This document shows, piece after piece, positions 1-10,953 of a DNA stretch of 32,000 nucleotides. Numbering within the stretch: position 1 is the stretch's first letter; each line of letters begins with the position of its first letter. Both the position numbers and the translations under genes were made by a program. The stretch spans positions 450,001-482,000 of the forward strand of contig NC_007517.1 in NCBI RefSeq assembly GCF_000012925.1, read 5' to 3'. The notes beneath the pieces were generated by a model that saw only the letters and a list, made by a program, of their open reading frames with translations, did no database searches and was not told the DNA's origin. Source of the stretch: Geobacter metallireducens GS-15. Lineage in GTDB: Bacteria > Desulfobacterota > Desulfuromonadia > Geobacterales > Geobacteraceae.

Positions 1-648
1 CGGCTTCTGGGGCGGTTCAACCTCTACAACATCCTGGCGGCTGTGGCGGCTGGCGTGGCCCTGGGACTCTCCCCGGATGCAATTCGCGGGGGAATCGAGG
101 GGGATGTCCGGGTCCCTGGACGCCTTGAGCGGGTTGATAACGACCATGGGATCACGGTGCTGGTCGATTATGCCCACACGGGCGACGCCCTGGAGAATGT
201 CCTGAAGACCGTTGCCGAGATCGCCACCGGCCGGATCATCACTGTATTCGGCTGCGGCGGAGACCGGGATCGGGGAAAACGGCCCGTCATGGGGGAGATT
301 GCAGGGCGTTTCAGCGATCTATCCATCGTCACCTCCGACAACCCGCGAACCGAGGATGCCGGAGCGATTATTGGCGAGATTCTCGGCGGTATCCGTTCTC
401 TTGGGCTCCGGGAGTATGGGGCGGAAGAACTCATCACCGGTTTCGATGCCAAAGGATTTGCTGCGGTGGAATCGAGACGCGAGGCAATCAGGCTGGCCGC
501 CCGCGTGGCACGTCCTGGGGATGTTCTGCTCCTCGCTGGCAAGGGACACGAGGACTACCAGATTATCGGGACGATGAAGCACCACTTCGACGATCGGGAA
601 GAGGTTGCTGCCGCTTTTCGGGAACTGTCATCCAAAGGACAGGGATAG
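1..648 (+). CDS. murE: UDP-N-acetylmuramoyl-L-alanyl-D-glutamate--2,6-diaminopimelate ligase, 3' fragment (5' end lies outside the window)
   Basis: Frame 1 is open from base 1 (RLLGRFNLYNILAA...). Mur-ligase C-terminal motifs are present: DYAHTGDALENVL, GCGGDRDRGKRP, SDNPRTED, GKGHEDYQ. Stop TAG is at 646-648. The gene is first in a murE-murF-mraY-murD order. Confidence 0.9.
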   Translation, partial: RLLGRFNLYNILAAVAAGVALGLSPDAIRGGIEGDVRVPGRLERVDNDHGITVLVDYAHTGDALENVLKTVAEIATGRIITVFGCGGDRDRGKRPVMGEIAGRFSDLSIVTSDNPRTEDAGAIIGEILGGIRSLGLREYGAEELITGFDAKGFAAVESRREAIRLAARVARPGDVLLLAGKGHEDYQIIGTMKHHFDDREEVAAAFRELSSKGQG

Positions 649-649
649 C

Positions 650-2062
650 GTGTTATTCTCTCTGGCAGACATACGTGAGGCAACGGGAGGCACCCTCGGC
701 GGCGAAGGGAAAACTGCCGGTGTGGAGGGGGTGTCAACCGACTCCCGAACGGTTCAGCCCGGCGAGCTGTTCGTGCCGTTGCGAGGTGAACGGTTTGACG
801 GCCACGATTACCTCGGCGCTGCATGCGATCGCGGGGTACAGGTTGTGCTTGCGGAGCACCAGTGGCTGGAGAAGAACGAACTTCCGCCCGGTGTCTCCGC
901 CGTCGCCGTCGACGATACCCTGGAGGCCCTTGGCGATTTGGCCTGTTTTCATCGGCAGCGCTTTGCCATTCCAGTGGTGGCCGTGACCGGGAGCAACGGC
1001 AAGACAACCACCAAGGAGATGCTGGCCGCCATCCTGGGGCAGACCGGCCCCGGGCTCAAGACAGAGGGGAACCTCAACAACCTGATCGGGCTTCCCCAGA
1101 TGCTTCTTCGCCTCGATAACTCCCATCGTTGGGCTGTCCTGGAGATGGGGATGAGCGCCTTTGGCGAGATCGACCGTCTGGCTGAGATTGCCCGTCCGGA
1201 TGTGGGGATCATCACCAACGCCTATCCAGCCCACCTGGAGACCCTGGGAAGTGTCGAAGGGGTGGCACGGGCCAAAGGAGAGCTCTTCCTGCGGCTCCCT
1301 GCAGAGGGGTGCGCCGTGTTCAACGCCGACGATCCCCTCATCGCCCGTTGTCCCTCCCCCGACGGAGTTCGTCGTGTTTCCTTCGGGCTCCACAACGCCG
1401 ATGTCACTGCCGAGGCGGTCGAGAATCTTGGGCGCAATGGCCAGCGTTTCATTCTCCGGCTTTCCACGGAATCGGTTCCGGTCACCCTGCGGGCCTTCGG
1501 CCGTCACAATATCGCCAATGCCCTTGCCGCTGCCGCGGCTGCCCATGTCCTTGGTGTTCCCACCGAGACCATCGCCCGGGGTCTGGGAGAATTTTCACCC
1601 TATGCCAGGAGGTTCAATCTGGAGGAGGTGGGGGACGTCATCCTCATCGACGACAGCTACAATGCTAACCCCGCCTCCATGGCGGCAGCTCTCACCACTC
1701 TGCGGGAAATCCGCGCAGGACGCAGGGCGGTGGCGGTTCTTGGCGACATGCTCGAACTGGGCGAAGGGGCCGAGGAGGCCCACCGACAGCTGGGACTTCT
1801 GGCAGCCACCTGCGTCGATCGTCTCTACGTGATGGGGGGAATGGCCGGCATTGTTGCTGCTGGGGCACTCGAGGGAGGGCTTGCGGACGATGCAGTTACG
1901 GTTGCCACGAGCCATGACGCCATTGTGGCGGACCTGCGGCGAACCACCGCGGCGGGCGATTTCATTCTTGTGAAAGGATCCCGGGGATTGGCCATGGATC
2001 GGGTCGCGGAAAAGATGCGTGAAGTCTTTGTCGCGTCCCTCGGGAAGGGGGCCTCGGCCTAA
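650..2062 (+). CDS. murF: UDP-N-acetylmuramoyl-tripeptide--D-alanyl-D-alanine ligase
   Basis: Mur-ligase P-loop [13 protein letters not shown], plus [11 protein letters not shown] and GDMLELG. GTG 650 lies 2 nt after the murE stop and gives an N-terminus ([14 protein letters not shown]) typical of MurF. The ORF-track TTG 605 lies inside murE. Confidence 0.9.
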
Positions 2063-3138
2063 TGCTCTACCATCTCCTTTATCCGCTGGCGAGCGACTTC
2101 AGGATCTTCAACGTCTTTAAGTACCTGACGTTCAGGACCATTTACGCCGTCATCACCGCCCTGCTGGTGTCGTTCATTCTCGGCCCTTGGGTCATCCGGA
2201 AGCTGGAGGCGCTCCAAGCCCGGCAGGTTATCCGCACTGACGGTCCCGAATCCCACCTGAAGAAGTCGGGTACCCCCACCATGGGCGGGATTCTCATCCT
2301 TGCATCCATCGTGATTCCGACGCTTCTGTGGGCCGACCTGACAAACCGCTACGTCTGGACAACTCTCTTTGTGATCGTGGGGTACGGACTTATCGGTTTC
2401 ACCGACGACTACAAGAAAGTGGTGGAGAAAAACCCCAAGGGGCTCTCCCCCCGCCAGAAGATGGCCGGCCAGTTGCTGATCGCCGGCATGGCGGTCTGCT
2501 TCCTCGTTTTTGTGGTGAATATGTCGACTGAGCTCGCCTTCCCCTTTTTCAAGCGACTCCACCCCGACCTTTCCTGGTTTTACATCCCCTTTGCCATGCT
2601 GGTCATCGTGGGGGCGAGCAATGCCGTGAACCTGACCGACGGCCTCGACGGTCTGGCCATCGGTCCCGTGGCCATCAACGCAGCAACCTATCTGCTGTTT
2701 ACTTACATAGCCGGCAATGCTAAGCTGTCCAGCTATTTACAGACCCCCTATGTCCCCGGCGCCGGCGAGTTGGCTGTCCTTTGCGGAGCCATGGTGGGCG
2801 CGGGAATAGGCTTTCTCTGGTACAACGCCTACCCAGCCGAGGTTTTCATGGGTGACGTGGGATCCCTCTCCCTCGGCGGCGGGCTCGGGACCCTGGCGGT
2901 CATCACCAAGCAGGAGATCCTCCTCGTCATCGTTGGCGGGGTGTTCGTCGTTGAGGCCCTGTCGGTCATCTTCCAGGTGGGGTCCTATAAGTACCGGGGG
3001 AAGCGGATCTTCCGCATGGCCCCCATCCACCACCACTTCGAGCTTAAGGGTGTGGCGGAGCCGAAGATCATCGTGCGGTTCTGGATCATCACCATTATCC
3101 TGGCCCTGGTGGCGATCTCGACCTTGAAGCTGAGATAG
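2062..3138 (+). CDS. mraY: phospho-N-acetylmuramoyl-pentapeptide transferase
   Basis: Polytopic membrane protein with MraY motifs [20 protein letters not shown] and PIHHHFE. The ATG overlaps the murF stop (TAATG). Confidence 0.96.
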
Positions 3139-3139
3139 C

Positions 3140-4498
3140 ATGGAAATTTCGGGAAAGAACATACTGGTCGTAGGCCTTGCCCGCACGGGCGTGGCGGTGG
3201 CCCGCTTTCTGGCGCGAAACGGGGCGCGGGTGACCGTGACCGACCTTCGCGACGAGTCCGCCCTGGCCGGTCCCCTCCGGGAGCTGGCAGGACTTTCCGT
3301 GCGGTATGTGCTAGACCGCCACGATGAGGCTGATTTTGCTGCTGCCGACGTAGTGGTGGTGAGTCCCGGCGTCCCCCAGGAGAGCCCCTATCTCCAGGCG
3401 GCCCGCAGGGCCGGACGTGAGGTGATTACCGAGATCGAACTGGCGTCCCGGTTCGTTACTGTCCCCATGGTGGCCATCACCGGGACCAACGGCAAGACCA
3501 CCACCACGACCCTGACAGGGGAGATCTTCAGCGCCTGCGGGTTCCGGACCTTCGTGGGGGGGAACATCGGCAATCCTCTCATCGAGCTTGTAGAGGGAGG
3601 CGAGACGGTGGAACGGGTGGTGGTGGAGATCAGTTCCTTCCAGCTGGAATGGATCAGCTCCTTCCGCCCGCGGGTGGCGGTGCTCCTCAATATCACCGAG
3701 GACCACCTGGACCGCTATGCTACGTTCCAGGAGTACATTGACGCCAAGGTGCGGATCTTCGAGAACCAGGAATCGACTGACTACGCCGTGCTGAACGTGG
3801 ATGATCCCATCGTGGCCGGCATTGCCGGGCGGGTTGCCGCGACGGTATTCCCCATGAGCCAACAGCGGGAGCTTGCCGAGGGGGTCTTCCACCGGGACGG
3901 CGTCATCACCTTCCGGCACCAGGGGCGTGAGGAACGCTTCCCCACCGCCCGATTCCGGATCACCGGAGTCCACAATATCGAAAACATCATGGCCTCCCTC
4001 GCCGCGACCCTCCTCCTGGGGTGCGACGCAAAACAGGCCCTTGCGGCCGTTGAAGGGTTCGGCGGGCTCCCCCACCGGATGGAGCTGGTGCGGGAGTTGG
4101 CAGGCGTCCGTTACTACGAGGACAGCAAAGCCACCAACGTGGGAAGTGTGGAGAAGGCCCTGGCCAGTTTCAATGACATCACCCTCATTGCCGGAGGGAA
4201 GGACAAGGGGGGATCGTATGCACCCCTGGCCCCCCTGGTGACGGAGCGGGTGCGGCACATGGTCCTCATCGGCGAGGCAAAGGAACGGATGGCCCGGGAA
4301 CTGGGGAGCCTTACCGACACCCGCATGGCCACGACCCTCGAGGAAGCGGTCGAGCTGGCAGCGAGCCTCACGGAGCCGGGAGGGGTAGTCCTCTTCTCGC
4401 CAGCCTGCTCCAGTTTCGACATGTTCCGTGACTACGAGGAACGGGCCCAGCGTTTCCGCGCGGCCGTAAACGCCCTCGGCACGGGAGAGCGCCCGTGA
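3140..4498 (+). CDS. murD: UDP-N-acetylmuramoylalanine--D-glutamate ligase
   Basis: N-terminal Rossmann-like [10 protein letters not shown], Mur-ligase P-loop [11 protein letters not shown] and a C-terminal SPACSSFD-type tail. The start is 1 nt after the mraY stop. Confidence 0.95.
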   Translation: MEISGKNILVVGLARTGVAVARFLARNGARVTVTDLRDESALAGPLRELAGLSVRYVLDRHDEADFAAADVVVVSPGVPQESPYLQAARRAGREVITEIELASRFVTVPMVAITGTNGKTTTTTLTGEIFSACGFRTFVGGNIGNPLIELVEGGETVERVVVEISSFQLEWISSFRPRVAVLLNITEDHLDRYATFQEYIDAKVRIFENQESTDYAVLNVDDPIVAGIAGRVAATVFPMSQQRELAEGVFHRDGVITFRHQGREERFPTARFRITGVHNIENIMASLAATLLLGCDAKQALAAVEGFGGLPHRMELVRELAGVRYYEDSKATNVGSVEKALASFNDITLIAGGKDKGGSYAPLAPLVTERVRHMVLIGEAKERMARELGSLTDTRMATTLEEAVELAASLTEPGGVVLFSPACSSFDMFRDYEERAQRFRAAVNALGTGERP

Positions 4499-5622
4499 AC
4501 CTGAACTTCAAACTGAACCTGAAAGAGATCGAGCGTTACGACCTGGTCATACTCCTGATGGCGGTGGCCCTTACCTGCTTCGGGGTGGTGATGGTCTACT
4601 CGGCCTCCTCGGTCATGGCCACCAAGAAGTTCCACGACGGGTTCTACTTCCTGAAGCGCCAGGGGATCTACGCCATCCTGGGCTGTGCGGCCATGATTGT
4701 TGCCATGCGGATCGATTATCGCCAGTGGCGGGAGTATGCCGTTCCGATTCTTCTCGGCTGCCTTTTGCTCCTTCTCCTCGTCTTCATTCCGGGGATCGGC
4801 GGTGCCGCCAAGGGTGCCTCCCGTTGGATCAGGTTCCCGGGCTTCAATCTCCAGCCGTCGGAACTGGCCAAGATCGCACTGATCATGTACATGGCCTATT
4901 CCCTCGACAAGAAGCAGGAAAAGGTGAAGTTCTTCTCCACCGGCTTCGCTCCCTACATGGTACTTCTCGCCATTCTACTGGCGATCCTTCTCAAGCAGCA
5001 TGACCTGGGGTCCGCTCTCACCATGGGCGGGGTGGCTATTCTCATGCTTTTCGCCGCCGGCACGCGGCCCCGCTACATCCTCGGGATGGTGGTGTTGACG
5101 CTGCCGTTTCTCTACTTCCTCGTCATGAACGTTGACTACCGTCGGCGTCGTATCCTGGCATACCTGAATCCCTGGGAGGATCCCACCAACACCGGCTTCC
5201 AGATCATCCAGTCCTGGCTCGCCTTCGGCAACGGCGGCATCATCGGCCAGGGGCTCGGCGAGGGGAAACAGAAGATGTTCTTCCTCCCCGAGGCCCACAC
5301 CGATTTTATCCTCTCGGTAGTTGGGGAGGAGCTGGGGCTCATCGGCGTCATCGTCATCGCGGCCATGTTCCTGATGCTCGTGCTTCGGGGGGTGCGGGTG
5401 GCTCTTATGGCCCAGGACCCCTTCGGGCGCTTTCTGGCCTTCGGGATTGTGACGCTGCTCGGCATTCAGGCCTTCGTCAACATGGGGGTCGTCACGGGGC
5501 TTCTCCCCACTAAGGGGCTGGCGCTGCCGTTTATCAGCTATGGCGGCAGTTCCCTCATTGTAACGCTCTTCGCGGTGGGGATTCTCCTCAACGTGTCAAC
5601 CCGGATGAAGGGGACGCCATGA
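4495..5622 (+). CDS. ftsW: SEDS-family peptidoglycan glycosyltransferase / cell division protein FtsW
   Basis: About 10-TM FtsW/RodA-type sequence ([41 protein letters not shown]). GTG start in a GTGA overlap with the murD stop. Its position between murD and murG fits FtsW rather than RodA. Confidence 0.9.
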   Translation: MNLNFKLNLKEIERYDLVILLMAVALTCFGVVMVYSASSVMATKKFHDGFYFLKRQGIYAILGCAAMIVAMRIDYRQWREYAVPILLGCLLLLLLVFIPGIGGAAKGASRWIRFPGFNLQPSELAKIALIMYMAYSLDKKQEKVKFFSTGFAPYMVLLAILLAILLKQHDLGSALTMGGVAILMLFAAGTRPRYILGMVVLTLPFLYFLVMNVDYRRRRILAYLNPWEDPTNTGFQIIQSWLAFGNGGIIGQGLGEGKQKMFFLPEAHTDFILSVVGEELGLIGVIVIAAMFLMLVLRGVRVALMAQDPFGRFLAFGIVTLLGIQAFVNMGVVTGLLPTKGLALPFISYGGSSLIVTLFAVGILLNVSTRMKGTP

Positions 5623-6713
5623 GACTTCTGATCGCAGGCGGCGGAACCGGGGGGCATCTCTTCCCCGGCATTGCGGTGGCCGAGGAGTTCCTCTCTCGCA
5701 AGAAAGGGAACGAGGTTCTCTTCGTGGGGACGTGGCGGGGAATCGAGGCACGGGTATTGCCGAAGCTGGGGTACCGGCTCGAATGCATCACCGCTGCCGG
5801 CATCCGTGGCAAGGGGAGCGTTGCCCGGGCCAAGGGGCTTGCCAAGTTCCTCTACGGCTATGCCCAGTCCCGGAAGATTCTCAAGGAGTTCAAGCCCGAT
5901 CTGGTCCTGGGCGTGGGGGGGTACGCGTCGGCGCCGGCGCTGCTTGCAGCCCGGGGGATGCACATTCCGCGCTTCATCCATGAGCAGAATGCAATCCCCG
6001 GCTTCACCAACAAGATGCTTGCCACGGTGGCCGAACGTGTCTTTATCTCTTTGGAAGAGTCACGGAAGTTTTTCCCCGAGGAACGGACGCTGCTGACCGG
6101 GAACCCGCTTCGTCGCCAGATACTGGAACAGGTTGCCCTTGCCCCTCAGGAAGAACGTACCGATGATGCCTTTCACCTCCTGGTCTTTGGCGGAAGCGCC
6201 GGGGCTCACCGGATCAACCTGATCATGGGAGAAGTTCTGCCCCATCTGGAGGACGTGAAGGAGAGGCTGCGGATCACCCACCAGACCGGCGAGAATGATC
6301 TGGAAGATGTGACCTCGGCCTATGAGGAGCAGGGAGTTGCCGCCGACGTGGTGGCGTTCATTGATTCCATGGCCGATGCCTACCGTTGGGCCGACCTCGT
6401 GGTCTGCCGGGCAGGTGCCACCACCATCGCCGAAATCACCGCCTGCGGCAAGCCGTGCATTTTCATCCCGTATCCCCATGCCGTGGACGACCACCAGCGT
6501 CGTAACGCCGAGGCGCTCCTCAAGCGGGGGGCCGGGTTTGTGATTATCGAGCAGGAGCTTTCTGGCGAGGTGTTGGCGAAAACCATCCGTGATCTGATGG
6601 CCGACCCGGCGCGGCTGAAAAGCGTCGGAGAGGCAGCCCAAGGGCTTGCGCGGCTCGATGCGGCCCAGGTGATCGTTGACGAAATGATGACAAGTAAAAG
6701 GAAAGAAAAATAG
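5619..6713 (+). CDS. murG: undecaprenyldiphospho-muramoylpentapeptide beta-N-acetylglucosaminyltransferase
   Basis: N-terminal G-loop [16 protein letters not shown], plus GGSAGA and C-terminal HQ..NA motifs. ATGA overlap with the ftsW stop. Confidence 0.95.
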
Positions 6714-6715
6714 AT

Positions 6716-8101
6716 ATGTACGGAAAGATCGAAAAAATCCACTTCGTCGGCATCGGCGGCATCGGTATGAGCGGCATCGCCGAGGTGCTCCTGAACCTGG
6801 GGTACAAGGTGTCCGGCTCCGACCTGAAACAGTCCGATACCACCGACCGCCTTGCCTCCCTTGGCGGGGACATCCGTTTTGGCCATGCCCGGGAGAACCT
6901 GGCCGACGTGGACGTGGTGGTGACCTCCACGGCGGTCCATGACGACAACCCCGAGGTGATGGAGGCCAAGCGGCGCATGATCCCGGTGATCCCCCGGGCG
7001 GAGATGCTGGCGGAACTGATGCGGATGAAGTACGGGATCGCCATCGCCGGCACCCACGGCAAGACCACCACCACCTCCATGGTGGCCACGGCCCTCACCC
7101 ACGGCGGCATTGACCCCACCATCGTCATCGGCGGCAAACTCAACACCCTCGGCACCAACGCCAAGCTCGGCCAGGGGCAGTTCCTCGTGGCCGAGGCCGA
7201 CGAATCCGACGGCTCGTTCCTGAAACTCTCCCCCACCATCGCGGTGGTGACCAACATCGACGCAGACCACCTGGACTTCTACACTGGCGGCATCGAGCAG
7301 ATCAAGGACACCTTCGTCGACTTCATCAACAAGATACCCTTCTACGGTCTTGCGGTCCTCTGCCTGGAAGATCGGAACATTGCCGAGATCCTGCCGCGGG
7401 TGAAGAAGCGCTTCGTCACCTACGGTCTCTCCTCCCAGGCGGACATCCGGGCAACCCACATCCGCCTCGAAGGGGGAACCACCTCCTTTGTGGCCCACTA
7501 CAAGGGATACCGGATGGGGGAGGTTTCCTTCGCGATGCCCGGTGCCCACAACGTGCTGAACGCCCTCGCGTGTATCGCCGTGGCCATGGAACTCGATGTC
7601 CCCTTCGCCCAGATCCAGGAGGGGTTTGCCAAGTTTGGCGGCGTTGGGCGGCGCTTTCAGGTAAAGGGCGAGGTGAATGGTATTACGGTGGTCGACGACT
7701 ACGGCCACCACCCGGCGGAAATCCGGGCGACCCTGGCCGCGGGCAAGAGTGGCTGGCCTGATCGGCGGCTCGTGGTGGCCTTCCAGCCCCACCGCTTCAG
7801 CAGGACGAAGGAGCTCTTTGCCGAATTCGTCACCTGCTTCTACGATGCCGATGTGCTGGTGCTCACCGATATCTACTCGGCCGGCGAGGCCCCCATCGAG
7901 GGGGTGACGGCGGAACGTCTGGCGGAAAATATCCGCAAACACGGACAGCGGGATGTGACGTACATCGCCGATCGGGAGGCGCTCCCCGACCACCTGCTCC
8001 AGATCGTGAGGCCCGGTGACATCGTCCTGACCCTCGGCGCCGGCAACATCTGGCAGACCGGAGAGGCCCTGCTCCGGAAGCTGGAGACGGCAGAGGGATA
8101 G
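6716..8101 (+). CDS. murC: UDP-N-acetylmuramate--L-alanine ligase
   Basis: [18 protein letters not shown]-terminus, P-loop [12 protein letters not shown], and [10 protein letters not shown]. Confidence 0.95.
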
Positions 8102-8105
8102 CTCT

Positions 8106-9008
8106 TTGAACGACGAACTGTACGCCCGCCTCCGTGCAGAGTTGAGGGGGGAGATTCTGCGGGATGAGCCGATGGCTCGCCACACCTCGCTCAAGGTGGG
8201 GGGCGCCGCCGACTTCTTCGTCACCCCGGCTGACCGGGATGATCTTACGGCGCTCCTGGCGCTTCTGGCTGAAACCGGTACCCCCTACCTGGTGGTCGGC
8301 GGGGGATACAACCTCCTGGTACGGGACGGCGGCATTCGTGGCGTGGTCATTTCCCTCGCGCGCCTGGACGAGATGACCCTGCTCGCCGGGGAGAGGGTGA
8401 TGGCCGGGGCTGGAGTAACCAACCGGCAGTTCGTGCAGTTGCTGAGGGACAGGGGGCTTGGGGGGCTTGAGTTTCTCTGCGGCATTCCCGGCACGGTCGG
8501 CGGTGCCCTGGCCATGAACGCCGGAGCTCACGGCGGAGCGGTGGTTGACCGAGTGGAGGAACTCCTCACCATCCGGGACGGGGAGATGCTGCAAACCGGC
8601 CGCGACGGCCTCGATTACGGCTACCGGTTCCTGAGGCTTGCGCCTGGTGAGATTATTGTTGGGGCAACCTTTCGCCTGGATCCGGCCGATCCCGATCAGA
8701 TCGGGGCACGGATCGCCGGTTACCTGGAACACCGGGCCGCGAGTCAAAAAGTCGGCTTTCCCAATGCCGGGTCCTTCTTCAAGAATCCGGAGGGGACCGC
8801 TGCTTGGCGGCTGATTGACGAAACTGGGCTTCGGGGAGAGCGGGTGGGGGGCGCCCAGGTGTCGGAGGCCCACGCTAACTTCCTGATAAATCGGGGGGGG
8901 GCGACGGCTGCCGATTTTCTTGCCCTGGCTACCCGAATTAATGAGGCAGTAAAACAACGTACCGGCATAACTCTTGAAGAAGAGGTCAGGATTGTCGGTG
9001 AAGAGTGA
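8106..9008 (+). CDS. murB: UDP-N-acetylenolpyruvoylglucosamine reductase
   Basis: FAD-binding MurB signature EPMARHTSLKVGGAADFF, and C-terminal AGSFFKNP...GGAQVSEAHANFLIN. TTG 8106 gives an N-terminus colinear with long-form MurB. An alternative ATG at 8172 would truncate it. Confidence 0.88.
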   Translation: MNDELYARLRAELRGEILRDEPMARHTSLKVGGAADFFVTPADRDDLTALLALLAETGTPYLVVGGGYNLLVRDGGIRGVVISLARLDEMTLLAGERVMAGAGVTNRQFVQLLRDRGLGGLEFLCGIPGTVGGALAMNAGAHGGAVVDRVEELLTIRDGEMLQTGRDGLDYGYRFLRLAPGEIIVGATFRLDPADPDQIGARIAGYLEHRAASQKVGFPNAGSFFKNPEGTAAWRLIDETGLRGERVGGAQVSEAHANFLINRGGATAADFLALATRINEAVKQRTGITLEEEVRIVGEE

Positions 9009-9048
9009 TTAAAGAACCGCTTCCAAGAAGCGCTCAGGCGAAAACGCG

Positions 9049-10932
9049 ATGACCCGTGATGAACTGAAAACCAAGAAGATCGGCGTGCTTATGGGGGGGC
9101 TCTCGGCGGAACGGGAGATCTCTCTCTCCAGCGGAGGAGCGGTGCACAAGGCGCTTCTGGCCCGGGGATATGACGCCGTTGCCATTGACGTGGACCGCGA
9201 TCTGCCCCAGGTCCTTGTCAGAGAGTGGATCGACGTGGCCTTCATCTGCCTCCACGGCCGCTACGGCGAAGACGGGGCGGTCCAGGGGGTGCTGGAACTC
9301 ATGGGAATCCCCTACACCGGCTCGGGGGTCCTTGCGAGCGCCCTGGCCATGAACAAGATTTTCGCCAAGCAGGCCTTTGCCGCCGCAGGCCTCACGATAA
9401 CCCCCCACCGGGTGCTCGTGCGGGGCGAAACCTTCGACGCCGTTGCGGCCGGCATTGATCTTCCCGTAGTGGTGAAGCCCTCCCAGGAGGGGTCGTCGGT
9501 GGGGGTAAGCATCGTGAAGAAGGCGGAGGAGCTTGCCGCCGCTCTGGAGGCCGCGTTCCGCTACGACAACGAAATCCTCGTGGAGAAGTTCGTCAAGGGG
9601 CGGGAGATTCAAGTAGGGATTCTCGACGACCGGGCCATGGGAGCCATCGAGATTGTGCCGAAGAAGGAGTTCTACGACTTCGAGGCCAAATACACCGACG
9701 GCATGGCGGAGCACATCTGTCCGCCGGTTCTTCCCGCCGACCTGTACCGCAAGCTCCTCGCCGAAGGGGAGAAGGCCCATCGGGCTTTGGGGTGCGCCGG
9801 GTACAGCCGGGTAGACTTCCTGGTGACCGAGGGGGGTGACTGTTTTCTCCTCGAAGTGAATACCCTGCCGGGGATGACGGCCCTGAGCCTCCTGCCGGAG
9901 ATCGCCCAGAAGGAGGCGGGGATCGCTTTCGAGGAGCTGGTGGAGCGGATACTGGTTTCAGCTTCGCTGAAGATTCAGGGACCGGGGACCGGGGACCGGG
10001 TTCAAAAGAACACTAGGAATCACAGGGGGAACGCTGGGCGTGGAGCTGGTTGTTTGTTTTTGCCGGTCCCTGGTCCCTGGTCCCCGATCACCGATTTTAT
10101 GCGCGATTTACACGTAAAAACACGAATCCAGCCGGCCAACAAGAGCCGCAACCGGGTAAAGAAAGAGCGGAAGCCGATCAACTGGCGTCCCCTCATCACC
10201 TGGGGGAGCCGGGCTGTGCTCGGCGCGTTGGCCGTGGCGGTCGTGGGGGGCGCAGGCTACAAGGGGTACGCGTTCGCCTCCCGGTACGAGATTGCGGTAC
10301 TGCAGGTGGAGGCCATCGAGGTGTCGAAGTTGAGGCACCTGACTCGTGACGAAGTTCTTGGACAGGCCGGGGTGAGAAGGGGCGATTCCATGCTGGGGCT
10401 GCGGTTACGCCGCATCGGCGAACAACTGGCCAAGAACCCCTGGATCGAGAAGGTGCAGGTGCGCCGCTACTTCCCCCACACCATCCGCATCGAGGTGGTG
10501 GAGCGGGAACCGGTGGCTGTGGTGAACATGGGGTTTCTCTATTACCTGGATGCCAAGGGGGAGGTCTTTAAGCCCCTTACCCAGGGTGACAGCCTCAATT
10601 TTCCGGTCATAACCGGCATCACCGAGGATGATCTGGCCCGGGATCCCAAGGGGGCCAGGGAGATGCTCACCGGCGCCGTGGCCCTCATGGATATGCTGAA
10701 GAAGGGGCGCGCCTTTACCCTGGCCGATGTTTCGGAGGTTCACATCGACAAGGGATTCGGCCTCACTCTCTTCACCGCCGGTGGAGGCGTGCCGGTACGG
10801 CTCGGCAAGGATGGGTACGAGACCAAACTGGCCCGTTTTGCCACGGTCTACGGGGAACTAAAGACGCAGATGACGGCAGTTGAGTACATCGATTGCGACT
10901 ACCAGGACAAGATCATCGTCAAAAAAGGATAA
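9049..10932 (+). CDS. ddl: D-alanine--D-alanine ligase reading frame with no stop codon of its own. The Ddl domain spans about 9049-9975, and the frame then continues through a heptamer palindrome into ftsQ.
   Basis: ATP-grasp Ddl motifs ([39 protein letters not shown]). Ddl similarity ends at ...[11 protein letters not shown] (about 9972). The ORF track shows one uninterrupted 627-aa frame ending at the ftsQ stop. Confidence 0.8.
   Translation: MTRDELKTKKIGVLMGGLSAEREISLSSGGAVHKALLARGYDAVAIDVDRDLPQVLVREWIDVAFICLHGRYGEDGAVQGVLELMGIPYTGSGVLASALAMNKIFAKQAFAAAGLTITPHRVLVRGETFDAVAAGIDLPVVVKPSQEGSSVGVSIVKKAEELAAALEAAFRYDNEILVEKFVKGREIQVGILDDRAMGAIEIVPKKEFYDFEAKYTDGMAEHICPPVLPADLYRKLLAEGEKAHRALGCAGYSRVDFLVTEGGDCFLLEVNTLPGMTALSLLPEIAQKEAGIAFEELVERILVSASLKIQGPGTGDRVQKNTRNHRGNAGRGAGCLFLPVPGPWSPITDFMRDLHVKTRIQPANKSRNRVKKERKPINWRPLITWGSRAVLGALAVAVVGGAGYKGYAFASRYEIAVLQVEAIEVSKLRHLTRDEVLGQAGVRRGDSMLGLRLRRIGEQLAKNPWIEKVQVRRYFPHTIRIEVVEREPVAVVNMGFLYYLDAKGEVFKPLTQGDSLNFPVITGITEDDLARDPKGAREMLTGAVALMDMLKKGRAFTLADVSEVHIDKGFGLTLFTAGGGVPVRLGKDGYETKLARFATVYGELKTQMTAVEYIDCDYQDKIIVKKG
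9978..10085 (+). repeat. Palindromic heptamer element: (GGGACCG)x3+GG at 9978-10000, a 62-nt spacer, then the inverted arm CCGGTCC CTGGTCC CTGGTCC CC at 10063-10085
   Basis: Read directly. The arms are complementary over 23 nt if two G.U pairs are allowed in RNA. The same unit recurs in the flagellar intergenic gaps. Confidence 0.9.
10099..10932 (+). CDS. ftsQ: cell division protein FtsQ (POTRA domain), nested in frame within the ddl reading frame
   Basis: Basic cytoplasmic tail, a single TM segment ([16 protein letters not shown]), then a POTRA-like VEGxxxLTRDEVL region and an FtsQ-type C-terminus. ATG 10099 is the only canonical start before the TM segment, and no clear SD precedes it. The gene sits between ddl and ftsA. 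Confidence 0.85.
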   Translation: MRDLHVKTRIQPANKSRNRVKKERKPINWRPLITWGSRAVLGALAVAVVGGAGYKGYAFASRYEIAVLQVEAIEVSKLRHLTRDEVLGQAGVRRGDSMLGLRLRRIGEQLAKNPWIEKVQVRRYFPHTIRIEVVEREPVAVVNMGFLYYLDAKGEVFKPLTQGDSLNFPVITGITEDDLARDPKGAREMLTGAVALMDMLKKGRAFTLADVSEVHIDKGFGLTLFTAGGGVPVRLGKDGYETKLARFATVYGELKTQMTAVEYIDCDYQDKIIVKKG

Positions 10933-10953
10933 AGCGGGGGAGGGGGAAACACT

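Noticed and set aside
10050-10349. 99-aa + strand ORF in an alternative frame, starting in the ddl-ftsQ element and overlapping ftsQ
   Set aside because: It is an Arg/Gly-rich out-of-frame translation of ftsQ, with no RBS and no motif support.
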